NCBI GenBank assembly: GCA_003224725.1
Contig: QHZQ01000002.1
Coordinates: 1-38,143 of the forward strand
Source of the DNA: Acidobacteriota bacterium
GTDB lineage: Bacteria; Acidobacteriota; Terriglobia; Versatilivoradales; Versatilivoraceae
Direction: 5' to 3'
Length of the DNA stretch: 38,143 nucleotides
Part shown: positions 18,319 to 27,846 of the stretch, one piece after another
Position numbering within the stretch: position 1 is the stretch's first letter
How the letters are laid out: every line of letters begins with the position of its first letter
Made by a program: the position numbers and the translations under genes
Notes under the pieces: generated by a model
Told to the model about the DNA's origin: nothing
Seen by the model: only the letters and a program-made list of their open reading frames with translations
The model's database searches: none

Positions 18319-19377
18319 TTACCTTTTTCCACTAAGATTTTTCGCCTGCTCCATAGCGATTTCGTTGATCGTGTTGAGGGCCCTGGAATTAGAAGCCCCT
18401 TCGATGGCTTTCACGGCAATCGCCTGTACCTGGGTGTTGGCCTCCTCCAGCTTTTTCGTCAATCCCTCGAGTTGGGCGGCCTGTTTGGCCACCATTTGTT
18501 CCAAAGCTGCGATCCTAAGCTCAGCTACTCGTTTGTCCCCTTCGGTCTCTTTAGCTCTGAGCAGCTCCTCTTGTTTAAATCGAGTTTCACTCCGCTGAGT
18601 GGCTTCTCGTTCGGCTCGTTCCACGGCTGCAGAGAGGTCCCCAGGGAAAGCTGCGACTCTGGCACGCAACTCCGAAAGCTCAGTTTCAACTGTCGATACC
18701 GCTGCCTCACGAGCAGCCAGTTCTTGTTCCTGTTTCAATCGCTCTTCTTTCAACGCCTTTTGCAAACTGGCCTTCTGCTCTTCATAGAGGTCTTTGTCTT
18801 TCTTTCTGGCCAACGATAAAGTGTAATCATATTCTTCTCGCTCCCGCTCACGTTCCTTTTTCAGCTTGGCTTCATTTTCCTTCAGTGCGGCGACGTAGGT
18901 CTCCTGTTCTTTCTTCCAGTCCGCTCTTTTTGCGGCCATCTCGGCTTCAAAGCTTTCTGTTTCCTCGGCCATTTCCGCAGCGAAGACTGCTTTCTTTTCA
19001 GCATGATCCCGAATCAAAGAAGCGAGCGTGTCGGCGGCGAGTCGAGTATCATGGACTTCCTCCAAGTGTTTGGTCTCGATGGCAATCGCTTCTCGAATCT
19101 CCGTCAACTTATTGGCTTCGGCGGTCAGTTCTCGCGACAGATCCGTCAGGGCCTTGCCTACATAAATATTCACATTGGCTAAGCCCGTGATGATGGATTC
19201 AACCGTATAGGTTGACGCTTTTTCTACCACACTCGTTTCAGCCGCCTTCTTCACTTCCATTTGCTTCTCTGAGAGACCCGTACTTTTTTCCTGAAATCTT
19301 GCCACCAGGTCATTATAGGCCTTGAGCATTTCTTCTTTGGTGCTCTTCAGCGACAGGCGTGCAACCGGCTTTTCCAT
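18319..19377 (-). CDS. Long coiled-coil hypothetical protein (352 aa)
   Basis: E/K/A/L-rich helical sequence with no TM segment or signal peptide. ATG at 19377 has RBS AAAGGGGG. Confidence 0.85.
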   Translation of the reverse strand: MEKPVARLSLKSTKEEMLKAYNDLVARFQEKSTGLSEKQMEVKKAAETSVVEKASTYTVESIITGLANVNIYVGKALTDLSRELTAEANKLTEIREAIAIETKHLEEVHDTRLAADTLASLIRDHAEKKAVFAAEMAEETESFEAEMAAKRADWKKEQETYVAALKENEAKLKKEREREREEYDYTLSLARKKDKDLYEEQKASLQKALKEERLKQEQELAAREAAVSTVETELSELRARVAAFPGDLSAAVERAEREATQRSETRFKQEELLRAKETEGDKRVAELRIAALEQMVAKQAAQLEGLTKKLEEANTQVQAIAVKAIEGASNSRALNTINEIAMEQAKNLSGKR

Positions 19378-19416
19378 GCTTATCCCCCCTTTTGATCCCC
19401 TCAAATGAATATCTAT

Positions 19417-19435
19417 CTGACCCTTAGACGGTCAG
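19417..19435. promoter_or_regulatory. Palindromic operator candidate CTGACC-N7-GGTCAG
   Basis: Lies between the 19377 start and a minus-strand TTGTCT-18-TAGAAT promoter candidate (19473-19502). Confidence 0.45.
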
Positions 19436-19622
19436 GTCATCTTAATCTAGGAGCTGATTTTTTTGAAAGAGTATTCTAAGCCAGAATTGCAAAGGGAGAC
19501 AATTGAAACGAAGAGAAGAAACCCCACGAAAGCCGATCCTCTCGTGACCTTTGGTCACCCTTCCCTGGGGCAGTCTCAAAAAAGAGAGAAAAGGAGGAGC
19601 TGGAGTTGAGGATTAAGGCTGA

Positions 19623-19774
19623 TTGTAGCGAGCAACCTCAGACCGCCCAGGATGACGGCTCCATCGGCGACTGACCCCTCACCCGGCCTGCGGCCACCCT
19701 CTCCCAATGGGAGAGGGGCTGGGGGTGAGGGGACGGCAGGTTAACAAACTTGACCAAAGTTTGAAGGCGGCTTG
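19623..19774 (+). mobile_element. Family-A hairpin repeat element, copy 3
   Basis: Starts TTGTAGCGAGCAACCTCA, exactly like copy 2. AGGCTGA at 19616-19622 and 19775-19781. Confidence 0.85.
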
Positions 19775-19783
19775 AGGCTGAGA

Positions 19784-20563
19784 TTAGACGCTGACAGAGG
19801 CTTTGGCGAGAACACCCCCGTCGCACACCAGGTGAGAACCGGTGACGTACGAAGACTCCTCAGAAAGCAGCCAGACCGCAGCGCGGGCCGGTTCCTCGGG
19901 CTCCGCCAGACGTCCTAAGGGCACCTCGGCACAAATCGTCTTCCGCATCCGGGGAATGTCTTCGGGTCGAACGTTGGCCCACATGAGCCGAGTCTCAGTA
20001 GATCCGGGAACAAGCGCGTTTACGCGGATCCCATATTGAGCGTAATCAATTGCCAGGGTTCGCACCAGGGCTGAGACGGCTCCTTTGGAGGCAGAGTAGG
20101 CTCCTGCTCCTCCGGCAGAGAAAGCAACAAAGGCCGCCGGCGAAGAGGTGCAAACGATCGAACCCCCACAGCCGGCAGCCAGCATGGCACGCACCGCGTG
20201 TTTGCAGGTAAAGTAGACACCGTTGAGGTTAGTCGCCAGGACCCGCTGCCACGCCTCCAAAGGAAGTTCGTGCAGCGCGCCTCCTTGATCCACGCCGGCA
20301 TTGGCAAAAACACCATGAAGGGGTCCTAGTCGCTTGCACGACTCCGCGACTGCTGCTTCGATCTCGCTCTCAACGCTGACGTCGCAGCAGATTCCCACGG
20401 CTGCGCTCGCGTCGCGAGCCAGTGCCTCCTCTGCGACACTGGTCGCAGCCTTGCCATCCAGATCCAGAACGGCGATGCGCGCACCTCGATCGGCGCACAG
20501 GAGAACTACTGCACGCCCAATCCCAGCTCCGCCACCTGTCACAATCACCGTTTTGTCACGCAC
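19784..20563 (-). CDS. Classical SDR-family oxidoreductase
   Basis: TGGGAGIG, ANAG, YSASK, IRVNALVPG and YVTGSHLVCDGG. Confidence 0.93.
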   Translation of the reverse strand: MRDKTVIVTGGGAGIGRAVVLLCADRGARIAVLDLDGKAATSVAEEALARDASAAVGICCDVSVESEIEAAVAESCKRLGPLHGVFANAGVDQGGALHELPLEAWQRVLATNLNGVYFTCKHAVRAMLAAGCGGSIVCTSSPAAFVAFSAGGAGAYSASKGAVSALVRTLAIDYAQYGIRVNALVPGSTETRLMWANVRPEDIPRMRKTICAEVPLGRLAEPEEPARAAVWLLSEESSYVTGSHLVCDGGVLAKASVSV

Positions 20564-20863
20564 CCGTTCTTCCCGTTTTTGAAGTCACATTTTGGACTGC
20601 TTAAGGCTGCGGTACCCCGGTGACAACTCGTCAAGTCAACTCGACTCTATCAGCACTATACTCGGTGGTAACCGTCCAGAGCGCTGAGCTGACGCTCTGT
20701 TGAGGTGGCATTCTAATCGCCAGATTCTCACTGTGTCAATTTGAATTGCCACATGTTTCATCTCGACTGAGGCAGTGGAGGGAAAATTTCCTTTCGCCGC
20801 TCTATTCGCGCTCCGAAAAGCCCAAGGTGAGAAGTGGCCGTTTTCGTTCTACATGTAGAAGAG

Positions 20864-20891
20864 CACGGCTGGCAGCGCTCACCGTGGCTAC
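20864..20891 (-). repeat. Single GTAG-type REP-like hairpin
   Basis: Minus strand reads GTAG-CCACGGT-GAGCGCTGCC-AGCCGTG. Shares ACCGTGGCTACCAAA with 31310-31324. Confidence 0.5.
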
Positions 20892-21048
20892 CAAAGCTTC
20901 CGCCCGAAACTGACGCATTACAGTTTAGCAAAATTACTCATTGAAGAATCTTTGTTCAGTCTGGTAGGATAATTTTGTCTTACTTAGTTGAAAGACGGGT
21001 TTAGAGGCTTCCCACTAACCAAACTCCTCCCCTCGGGAGTTTCACAAG

Positions 21049-23635
21049 GTGCTCTACAATTCCCCAAATCCATTACACCTCTGGAAAAAACTGGGAACTT
21101 CCCTCCTCTGTCTGGCTCTGATCTTCCTGACCTCTCTGGCAAAGGAGGCAGCGCCGCCGGAAAAAAACTCGCTCCCTCCCGCAGCCAGCACGAAGGTGGA
21201 TTTCAAGCGCGACATTCAACCCATACTCAGCCGGAATTGCTATGCCTGTCACGGCGCCAGCACGCAGATGAACGGGCTGCGGCTGGATAATCGCAACTCA
21301 GCGCTTAGTGGAGGCTACTCCGGAGTGGCCATTAAACCTGGAAACAGCGCGGAGAGCAAGCTGATTCAAATGGTGGCAGGTGTCATCCAAGGGAAGATAA
21401 TGCCACCGGCCGGAGAGCCGCTTTCTCGGGAACAGATTGGGCTGCTTCGTGCTTGGATCGATCAAGGGGTTGAATGGCCTGACGAAAGTTCCTCGGTCGG
21501 TAAGGAGCCAACCCACGCACCCAAGAAAGATCATTGGTCCTTCCAACCAATAAAGCGACCCCGCCTACCGGTCGTTCGAAACCGGTCCTGGGTGCGTAAT
21601 CCCATCGACGCGTTCGTCCTATCCAGGCTTGAAAGGGAAGGTATCAAGCCTTCGCCGGAAGCTGACCGAGTTACGCTGATCCGCCGGCTCAGCTTCGATC
21701 TGGTTGGCTTGCCTCCCACTCCTGAACAGGTTGCTGAATTTCTGGCGGACAATCGTTCCGACGCCTATGAGCGTCTGGCCGACCGTCTTTTGGCCTCGCC
21801 GCATTACGGGGAGAAATGGGCCCGTCCTTGGCTGGACCTGGCTCATTACGCTGACAGCGATGGTTACGAAAAAGACAACGCGCGACCACACGCCTGGCAA
21901 TGGCGCCAATGGGTGATTGAGGCCCTCAACAACAACATGCCTTTCGACCAGTTCACCATTGAGCAACTCGCCGGTGACCTGCTGCCGACCGCCACCCTCA
22001 AGGAGAAAATAGCGACGGGTTTTTGCCGAAACACCCTGACCAACCGCGAGGGAGGAGTTGATCCCGAAGAGTTCCGTATCGAGCAGGTGATCGATCGGGC
22101 CATGACCGTGGGGACAAATCAGTCAGAAGGAATTTTATCAGCTTTTCGCATTCTTCAATACCGCCAAAGAAGTCAACATTGAGGCGCCTCTTCCGGGAGA
22201 GTTGGGTACTTACTTACAGGGAAAACCGGAGTATGACAAAAAGAGAAAGGCCCTATTGGCCGAATATAAGGTGCCTGAACTTCAGGCCGATTGGGAACGA
22301 AAGACCCTTGCCGCCGCCGCTAATCCCGGAACTGATGTACCTTATGATGTCGCCTGGGACACCGTAGTCAAGATGGTGGATGGAGGAAAGGAGATCCTCA
22401 GGCTTGATCCTTCTCAGCGGACACAGAAGCAGCAGGAAAAGCTCACGGACCATTTTGTTGGGTTTTACATGATTCCTGTGGGAAAGGAACGTTATGAGGA
22501 GCTGAAGTTCCCGGAACTCAAGGAAAAGCTGGAGAAGCTTGAGGCCGAGTATCCTGGACTCAGCGAAGCCCAAACCATCGCCGAGAATCCGGGTTCCCCC
22601 AAAACCCACATTCTAATCCGAGGCGACTACAAACAACCCGGCATTGAAGTGCAGCCCGGTCCCCTGGCCGTACTAAACCCTCTACCGCAAGATGCCCGAC
22701 CCACCCGGCTTACTTTGGCTCGATGGCTGGTATCCAAGGACAATCCTCTCACCCCCCGGGTCACGGTCAATCGAATGTGGCAAGAGTTTTTCGGTCGCGG
22801 CCTGGTGGAGACTTCCGAAGACTTTGGCACTCGCGGGGAACCGCCCACACACGCGAAGCTGCTTGACTGGTTGGCTATGGAGTTCATGGCCAATGACTGG
22901 AACGTCAAGAAAGTGCACAAGCTCATCGTGACCTCAGCCACTTATCGTCAGTCGTCGCAAACCCGAAAGGTTTTGGAATCGCGTGACCCTTACAACAAGC
23001 TATTGGCTCGGCAGTCGCGTCTGCGCCTTCCGGCCGAACTGGTGCGAGATGCGGCACTGGCTACTAGCGGTCTCTTGAATCCCGAGATTGGAGGCAAGAG
23101 CGTCCGGCCGCCGCTCCCGGCGGGTGTTGCGGAATTGGGATACGCCGGCTCCGTCAAATGGAAAGCAAGTGTGGGGCCGGATCGCTATCGTCGCGGCCTT
23201 TACATATTCTTTCAGCGCACAACGCCCTATCCAGAGCTCATGACTTTTGACGCACCCAATTCCCTGCTGTCGTGCAGCCGCCGCGAACGCTCTACAACTC
23301 CGCTCCAGGCATTAAATTTGATGAATGACCCCGTATTTTTTGAAGCCGCCCAGGTACTGGCGGCGCGAATCATGAGGGAGACGCCGGGAAGCGTGAGTGA
23401 CCGCATAGATTATGCCTTCAAACTGTGTCTGGCTCGGGCACCCAGGCCACAGGAGAAAGATCGTTTGCTGAACTACTACCGCCAACAGAAAGAGATATTG
23501 GGGCAGGAACCAGAATCTATTGATACCCTCTTCCCTGCCAACAATCTTGAAGGTGTTAATGCAGCCGAGGCTGCGGCCTGGGTGGGCATCACCCGGGTGT
23601 TGTTGAATCTCGACGAATTCATTACGAGGGGGTGA
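21049..23635 (+). pseudogene. Planctomycete-type cytochrome c + DUF1549 + DUF1553 (PSD1) protein, split by a deletion/frameshift near 22116
   Basis: VDFKRDIQPIL..CYACHG, HWSFQP, NPIDAFV, LDLAHYADSDG | ISQKEFYQLFAFFN, RVTVNRMWQ, HKLIVTSATYRQSS, LLNLDEFITR. Confidence 0.88.
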
Positions 23636-23708
23636 AACGTGAAGCGTGAAACGTGAGGCCTGAAGCGTCAATGGAATCTCAAGGCTTTTCACGAATCACG
23701 TTTCACGA
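23632..23708. repeat. Inverted block of 7-bp tandem units (CGTGAAA-like / TTTCACG)
   Basis: gtgaaac-gtgaagc-gtgaaac-gtgaggc-ctgaagc, then tttcacg-aatcacg-tttcacg. Confidence 0.8.
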
Positions 23709-23753
23709 AACATGTGCCGTTCCTTGAGACAGTGTAGTTAGTTAGGAGCAACC

Positions 23754-25199
23754 ATGAACTTGGAGTATTTCAAACGGATCCAAACTCGCCGCCACTTTTT
23801 CCAGGAATGTGTCGGAGGGCTCGGCGCAGTTGCCTTGTGGAACTTGCTGGAACGTGAAGGTCGCACGGCGGCGTCTGTTGAAGGCTTGCCTAAGGTGAAT
23901 CCGTTGTCTCCCAAGCCGCCCCACTTCGCGCCCAAAGCCAAGAATGTCATCTTTCTTTACATGGAAGGTGCTCCCAGCCATATCGACTTGTTTGATCCGA
24001 AGCCCGAGATGAAAAAATGGGACGGTCAGCCGCTGCCCGAGTCGATGACCAAAGACCTCAAGCTGGCTTTCATCAAACCCAACGCCAAAGTCTGGGCCAG
24101 CCCACGCGTGTTTCAACCCTGTGGACAAGCGGGGATGGAGTTTTCGGATTACACGCCTCATCTAGCCACCTGCGCCGACGATATTTGCATGGTCCGCTCT
24201 ATGTTCACCGAGCAGTTCAACCATCATCCCGGTCAGTTGATGTTCAACTGCGGAACTCCGTTAGTCGGGCGTCCTTCCATGGGGGCGTGGGTCACTTATG
24301 GGCTGGGAAGCGAATCGCAAAATCTTCCTGGTTTTGTGGTGTTGAGTTCGGGAACTGGAACTAGCGCCGGGAGCGGGAACTGGTCCAGCGGTTTTCTGCC
24401 CTCAACTTATCAAGGCGTGACCTTTAGAAGCTCAGGCGATCCTGTGTTGTATCTCTCCAATCCGGGCGGCGTTAGTTTGAAGTCCCAGCGAGCCGCTCTG
24501 GACACCATCCGTGACCTCAACGAGCAAAGCTACGTGAACACTGGGGATCTGGAGATCGCTTCCCGTATCGCCTCCTATGAACTGGCCTTTCGCATGCAGG
24601 CCGCGGCACCCGAACTGCTGGACTTTTCCAAGGAATCGCCCAGCACGTTGGAGATGTATGGCGTCGAGAAGGAACCCACCAAGCCGTTCGCTACCAATTG
24701 CCTGTTGGCGCGACGGATGATCGAGCGGGGTGTCAGGTTCGTACAACTGTTTCATGCCAGTTGGGATGACCATACAGAACTCAACGCCCACTTGAAGAAA
24801 AACTGTGAAATCACCGACCAGCCGGCGGCGGCGCTATTGAAAGACCTGAAGCAGAGAGGATTGCTCGACACGACACTGGTTATCTGGGGAAGCGAATTTG
24901 GCCGCACGCCCCTGGTGGAGAGCCGTAATCCGGCTAAGGGCAGTGAGGGTCGTGACCACCATCCTTTTGCCTTCAGTATCTGGATGGCAGGCGGTGGGAT
25001 TAAGGGAGGACAGATAATTGGAAAAACAGATGAGTTTGGCCTTAACATTCTCGAGGATAAAATTCACGTCCATGATTTACAAGCCACCATCCTGCACTGC
25101 CTGGGTCTAAACCATGAAAAGCTGACCTATCGCCACTTGGGTAGAGATTTTCGGCTCACCGATGTCGAGGGCAAAGTGGTTCAAAGGCTACTGGGTTAA
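23754..25199 (+). CDS. DUF1501 domain protein with Tat-like signal
   Basis: TRRHFF, PHFAPKAKNVIFLYMEGAPSHIDLFD, RPSMGAWVTYGLGSE, WDDH, SEFGRTP, GRDHHP and RDFRLTDVEG. Confidence 0.93.
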   Translation: MNLEYFKRIQTRRHFFQECVGGLGAVALWNLLEREGRTAASVEGLPKVNPLSPKPPHFAPKAKNVIFLYMEGAPSHIDLFDPKPEMKKWDGQPLPESMTKDLKLAFIKPNAKVWASPRVFQPCGQAGMEFSDYTPHLATCADDICMVRSMFTEQFNHHPGQLMFNCGTPLVGRPSMGAWVTYGLGSESQNLPGFVVLSSGTGTSAGSGNWSSGFLPSTYQGVTFRSSGDPVLYLSNPGGVSLKSQRAALDTIRDLNEQSYVNTGDLEIASRIASYELAFRMQAAAPELLDFSKESPSTLEMYGVEKEPTKPFATNCLLARRMIERGVRFVQLFHASWDDHTELNAHLKKNCEITDQPAAALLKDLKQRGLLDTTLVIWGSEFGRTPLVESRNPAKGSEGRDHHPFAFSIWMAGGGIKGGQIIGKTDEFGLNILEDKIHVHDLQATILHCLGLNHEKLTYRHLGRDFRLTDVEGKVVQRLLG

Positions 25200-25212
25200 T
25201 TTATTCCACCGG

Positions 25213-25613
25213 GAAAAAATCTAACCGCAAGGGAAAATCTAACCGCGAAGGCGCAAAGAACGCGAAGAAAAGCGATGCCCAGGGAAAAGAGGCAAGGCGA
25301 ACCACGAGGGAGCCAGGGGACAGAAAGAAAAAGGTGGAACCGCGAAGACGCGAAGGACGCAAAGAAAAGCAAGACCAAGAAAAGAGACGAAAGGCGAACC
25401 AGGGGAGGTGGGGAGACTCTCAAGGGACAACAGGTCCCCAGGCCATTTCTAAAAATTCACCGCGTTCAAACAGCTTTCTTCTTCCTGTTTCGCTTTCCTT
25501 CGCGTTCTTTGCGTCTTGGCGGTTAGATTCTGCTTCTTTGGTCTTGCTTTTCTTCGCGTTCTTCGCGCCTTCGCGGTTAGATTTTTTTCTTCGCTTCTGA
25601 GTTTCTGCGGTTC
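25213..25613. repeat. ~400-bp palindromic array of 9-bp-periodic units (AACCGCGAAG-GCGCRAAG-AACGCGAAG)
   Basis: Forward units near 25213 (partial), 25233 and 25337. Reverse units near 25490, 25536 and 25589. Between convergent genes. Confidence 0.9.
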
Positions 25614-25616
25614 AAA

Positions 25617-26660
25617 TTACTTCTCCCGCGTCGCCCAACGCTGCAGCTTTTCCTGGAACCCTGGCCGTTGCCGTACTTCCTGGTTGACAAGACCTTCCGG
25701 AATTTCACCTCTGGCTAAAGTCGCGACCTGGCGACAGCACATGCTTCCCAGTTCCTCAAATAACTCATCCGTCCAGGCAATGGCGTGAGGAGCCAGGATT
25801 ACGTTGTCCAGTTGGCACAACGGATGTTGGCTGCTGACCGGTTCGGAAGCAAAGACATCAATCGCTGCCCCAGCAATGGCCCTCGACTGGAGCCTCTCCA
25901 CCAGGGCGTTTTCATCTACAATGCCACCTCGAGCCGTATTGATCAGGTAGGCGCTGGGCTTCATTAAAGCAAGTTCAGTTGAAGCTAGCAGGCCTCGGGT
26001 TTTTTCTGTCAAAGGACAGCACACCACGACGTAATCCGATGCCTTCAAGAGCTCTGGGAGTGCGACCATCCTTACTCCTAATGACTTAGCCCGTGCCAAG
26101 TCTACGTAAGGATCGAAGGCAATCATTTCCTGAGTCCCAAACGGGCGAAGCAACCCTGCCAGATGACCGCCAATTCCTCCCAAACCAACAATGCCAACAA
26201 CCTTGCGACGAATCTCGGTACCCATCCAATAGGATTTTTCATTCCATCGTCCCTCACGGGTCAGACGATCTTTTTGCTTGAAATGATGCCCGAGGGCCAG
26301 CATCCATCCAAGAATAGCTTCAGCAACGGAGTGATTGACCGCTCCCACTGCGATGAACAGGGCCACATCGGCTTCGGTGCAGGCTTTCACGTTAACCATA
26401 TCGTAGCCCACCCCAAACCGACAAATGGCAATAAGGCGATCAGCCCGCGCCAGAGAATCCGTCGTGATCCGAGGGGCCAAGCTTATCAAGGCATCTATTC
26501 CGTCGATTTCATTGGCAGAGAGAGTGGGCTCATAGTGATCCAAAAAGCGATAGTGCATGCTCTTGGCATCATTGAGCAAATTTAATCCAATGTCCTTAAA
26601 AACCAGCTTGCCATTGGATAGAAAATCAGCCGTAAAGGCCACCTCAAAGCTTTCGAGCAT
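25617..26660 (-). CDS. D-isomer-specific 2-hydroxyacid dehydrogenase (SerA-like catalytic core)
   Basis: RFGVGYD, GIVGLGGIG, LINTARGGIVDE, DVFASEP and LAPH. ATG at 26660 has a GGAGG RBS. Confidence 0.92.
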   Translation of the reverse strand: MLESFEVAFTADFLSNGKLVFKDIGLNLLNDAKSMHYRFLDHYEPTLSANEIDGIDALISLAPRITTDSLARADRLIAICRFGVGYDMVNVKACTEADVALFIAVGAVNHSVAEAILGWMLALGHHFKQKDRLTREGRWNEKSYWMGTEIRRKVVGIVGLGGIGGHLAGLLRPFGTQEMIAFDPYVDLARAKSLGVRMVALPELLKASDYVVVCCPLTEKTRGLLASTELALMKPSAYLINTARGGIVDENALVERLQSRAIAGAAIDVFASEPVSSQHPLCQLDNVILAPHAIAWTDELFEELGSMCCRQVATLARGEIPEGLVNQEVRQRPGFQEKLQRWATREK

Positions 26661-27191
26661 GTGTACCTCCAGATTCACGAGACTTCTCCAATAAAGCAAT
26701 GTCTCCTGCCTTGGTTGCGAGGGCTTACAATAGCACAGACACTGGTCTCTTGGGAGTCCAAACCTCCAAATGAAGTATCACGATAACATAAGTCTGTCTT
26801 GAGCGATTGGGTGCGAATCATATGGCGATGTCCAAACCCAGAGCTCGGTACGATATGGCAAGGCGCCAAACGCACCCTCCCTGTCAGGTTCGTCGAAGGG
26901 AGCTCTCGTGAAAACAGTCATTTTTGTCACGCGAGCGTGTTGCTACCTGTGTGCGGTCAATTTCTGCAGAAACCAGACCCTCTTCTCTCACCAGCACCAT
27001 CTCCATTCGTCCAAGTAATCCCAAGTACTTCTTATTTCGAGGCCGGCCTTTCCCTTAATCGCAGCTACTGAATATTAAGGCAGCTGGGAAATATAGGATC
27101 GGGCTGGATTCTCCGGTAACGGGCGGCTACTCCCCTGCTATCTGGGCAAGGTCTGCTGGAATCGCCGGTCCGAAGAAAACGAGTTCCGAAG

Positions 27192-27205
27192 TTTCGTATA
27201 CGAAA
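27192..27205. promoter_or_regulatory. Perfect 14-bp palindrome in the divergent intergenic region
   Basis: TTTCGTATACGAAA. Confidence 0.4.
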
Positions 27206-27846
27206 TGCGAGAATTCGGACGAATTTATTCTTTCTGGCTTCCATTGTTTTTCGAATCTCTTCAAAGCGGACTGCACTTACACACCTAAAACTAAGGACTT
27301 TAAGGTAATGCGAGAAATCTGGTTTGGATCTGGAAACTCGATTGCACGCCTGTTGACTTCGCCAAAAAAGCGGAAAAGGGCTTGAGCCTTATCATCATTA
27401 AGCTTATGCGTTCCTCAGTTCCTGGTCTGGGCTAGAGGCTACGTTTACCCTGAAAATCAGCTTATGATAAATTGGTGGCAATCGTCCGTGTCGATACGAT
27501 TGACGCTATTTTTTGTTTTCGCAAATTCCCTGACTTCATTCATTAGTCTGGGCAGAACACTGTTGTCAAGGCTAAGCAACATTTGGAAGAGGCACGTATC
27601 ACATTACTTGCCAGCTGACGTGACGCTTAGTCTAGCGCCGATTAACTCGGCGTTAAACACTGGCACTACAGAATGCCGTTCTGGGCCGTCCTTCTTGCCA
27701 CTGGCAGGAGTAGTTTCGCTGCACAATGCGCGCTCTTTTTCAAAGAGGGAAATGGCCAAATATCCGAACTTTCGATTTCTCGGTTTTCCTGCTTGGGGGC
27801 TGTAATCAGGCCCCATCAAATCTTGCTTTGATAAGGAGACTTTACC

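Noticed and set aside
25213-25613. CRISPR array
   Set aside because: Units occur in both orientations and are internally periodic, the spacers resemble each other, and no cas genes are present.
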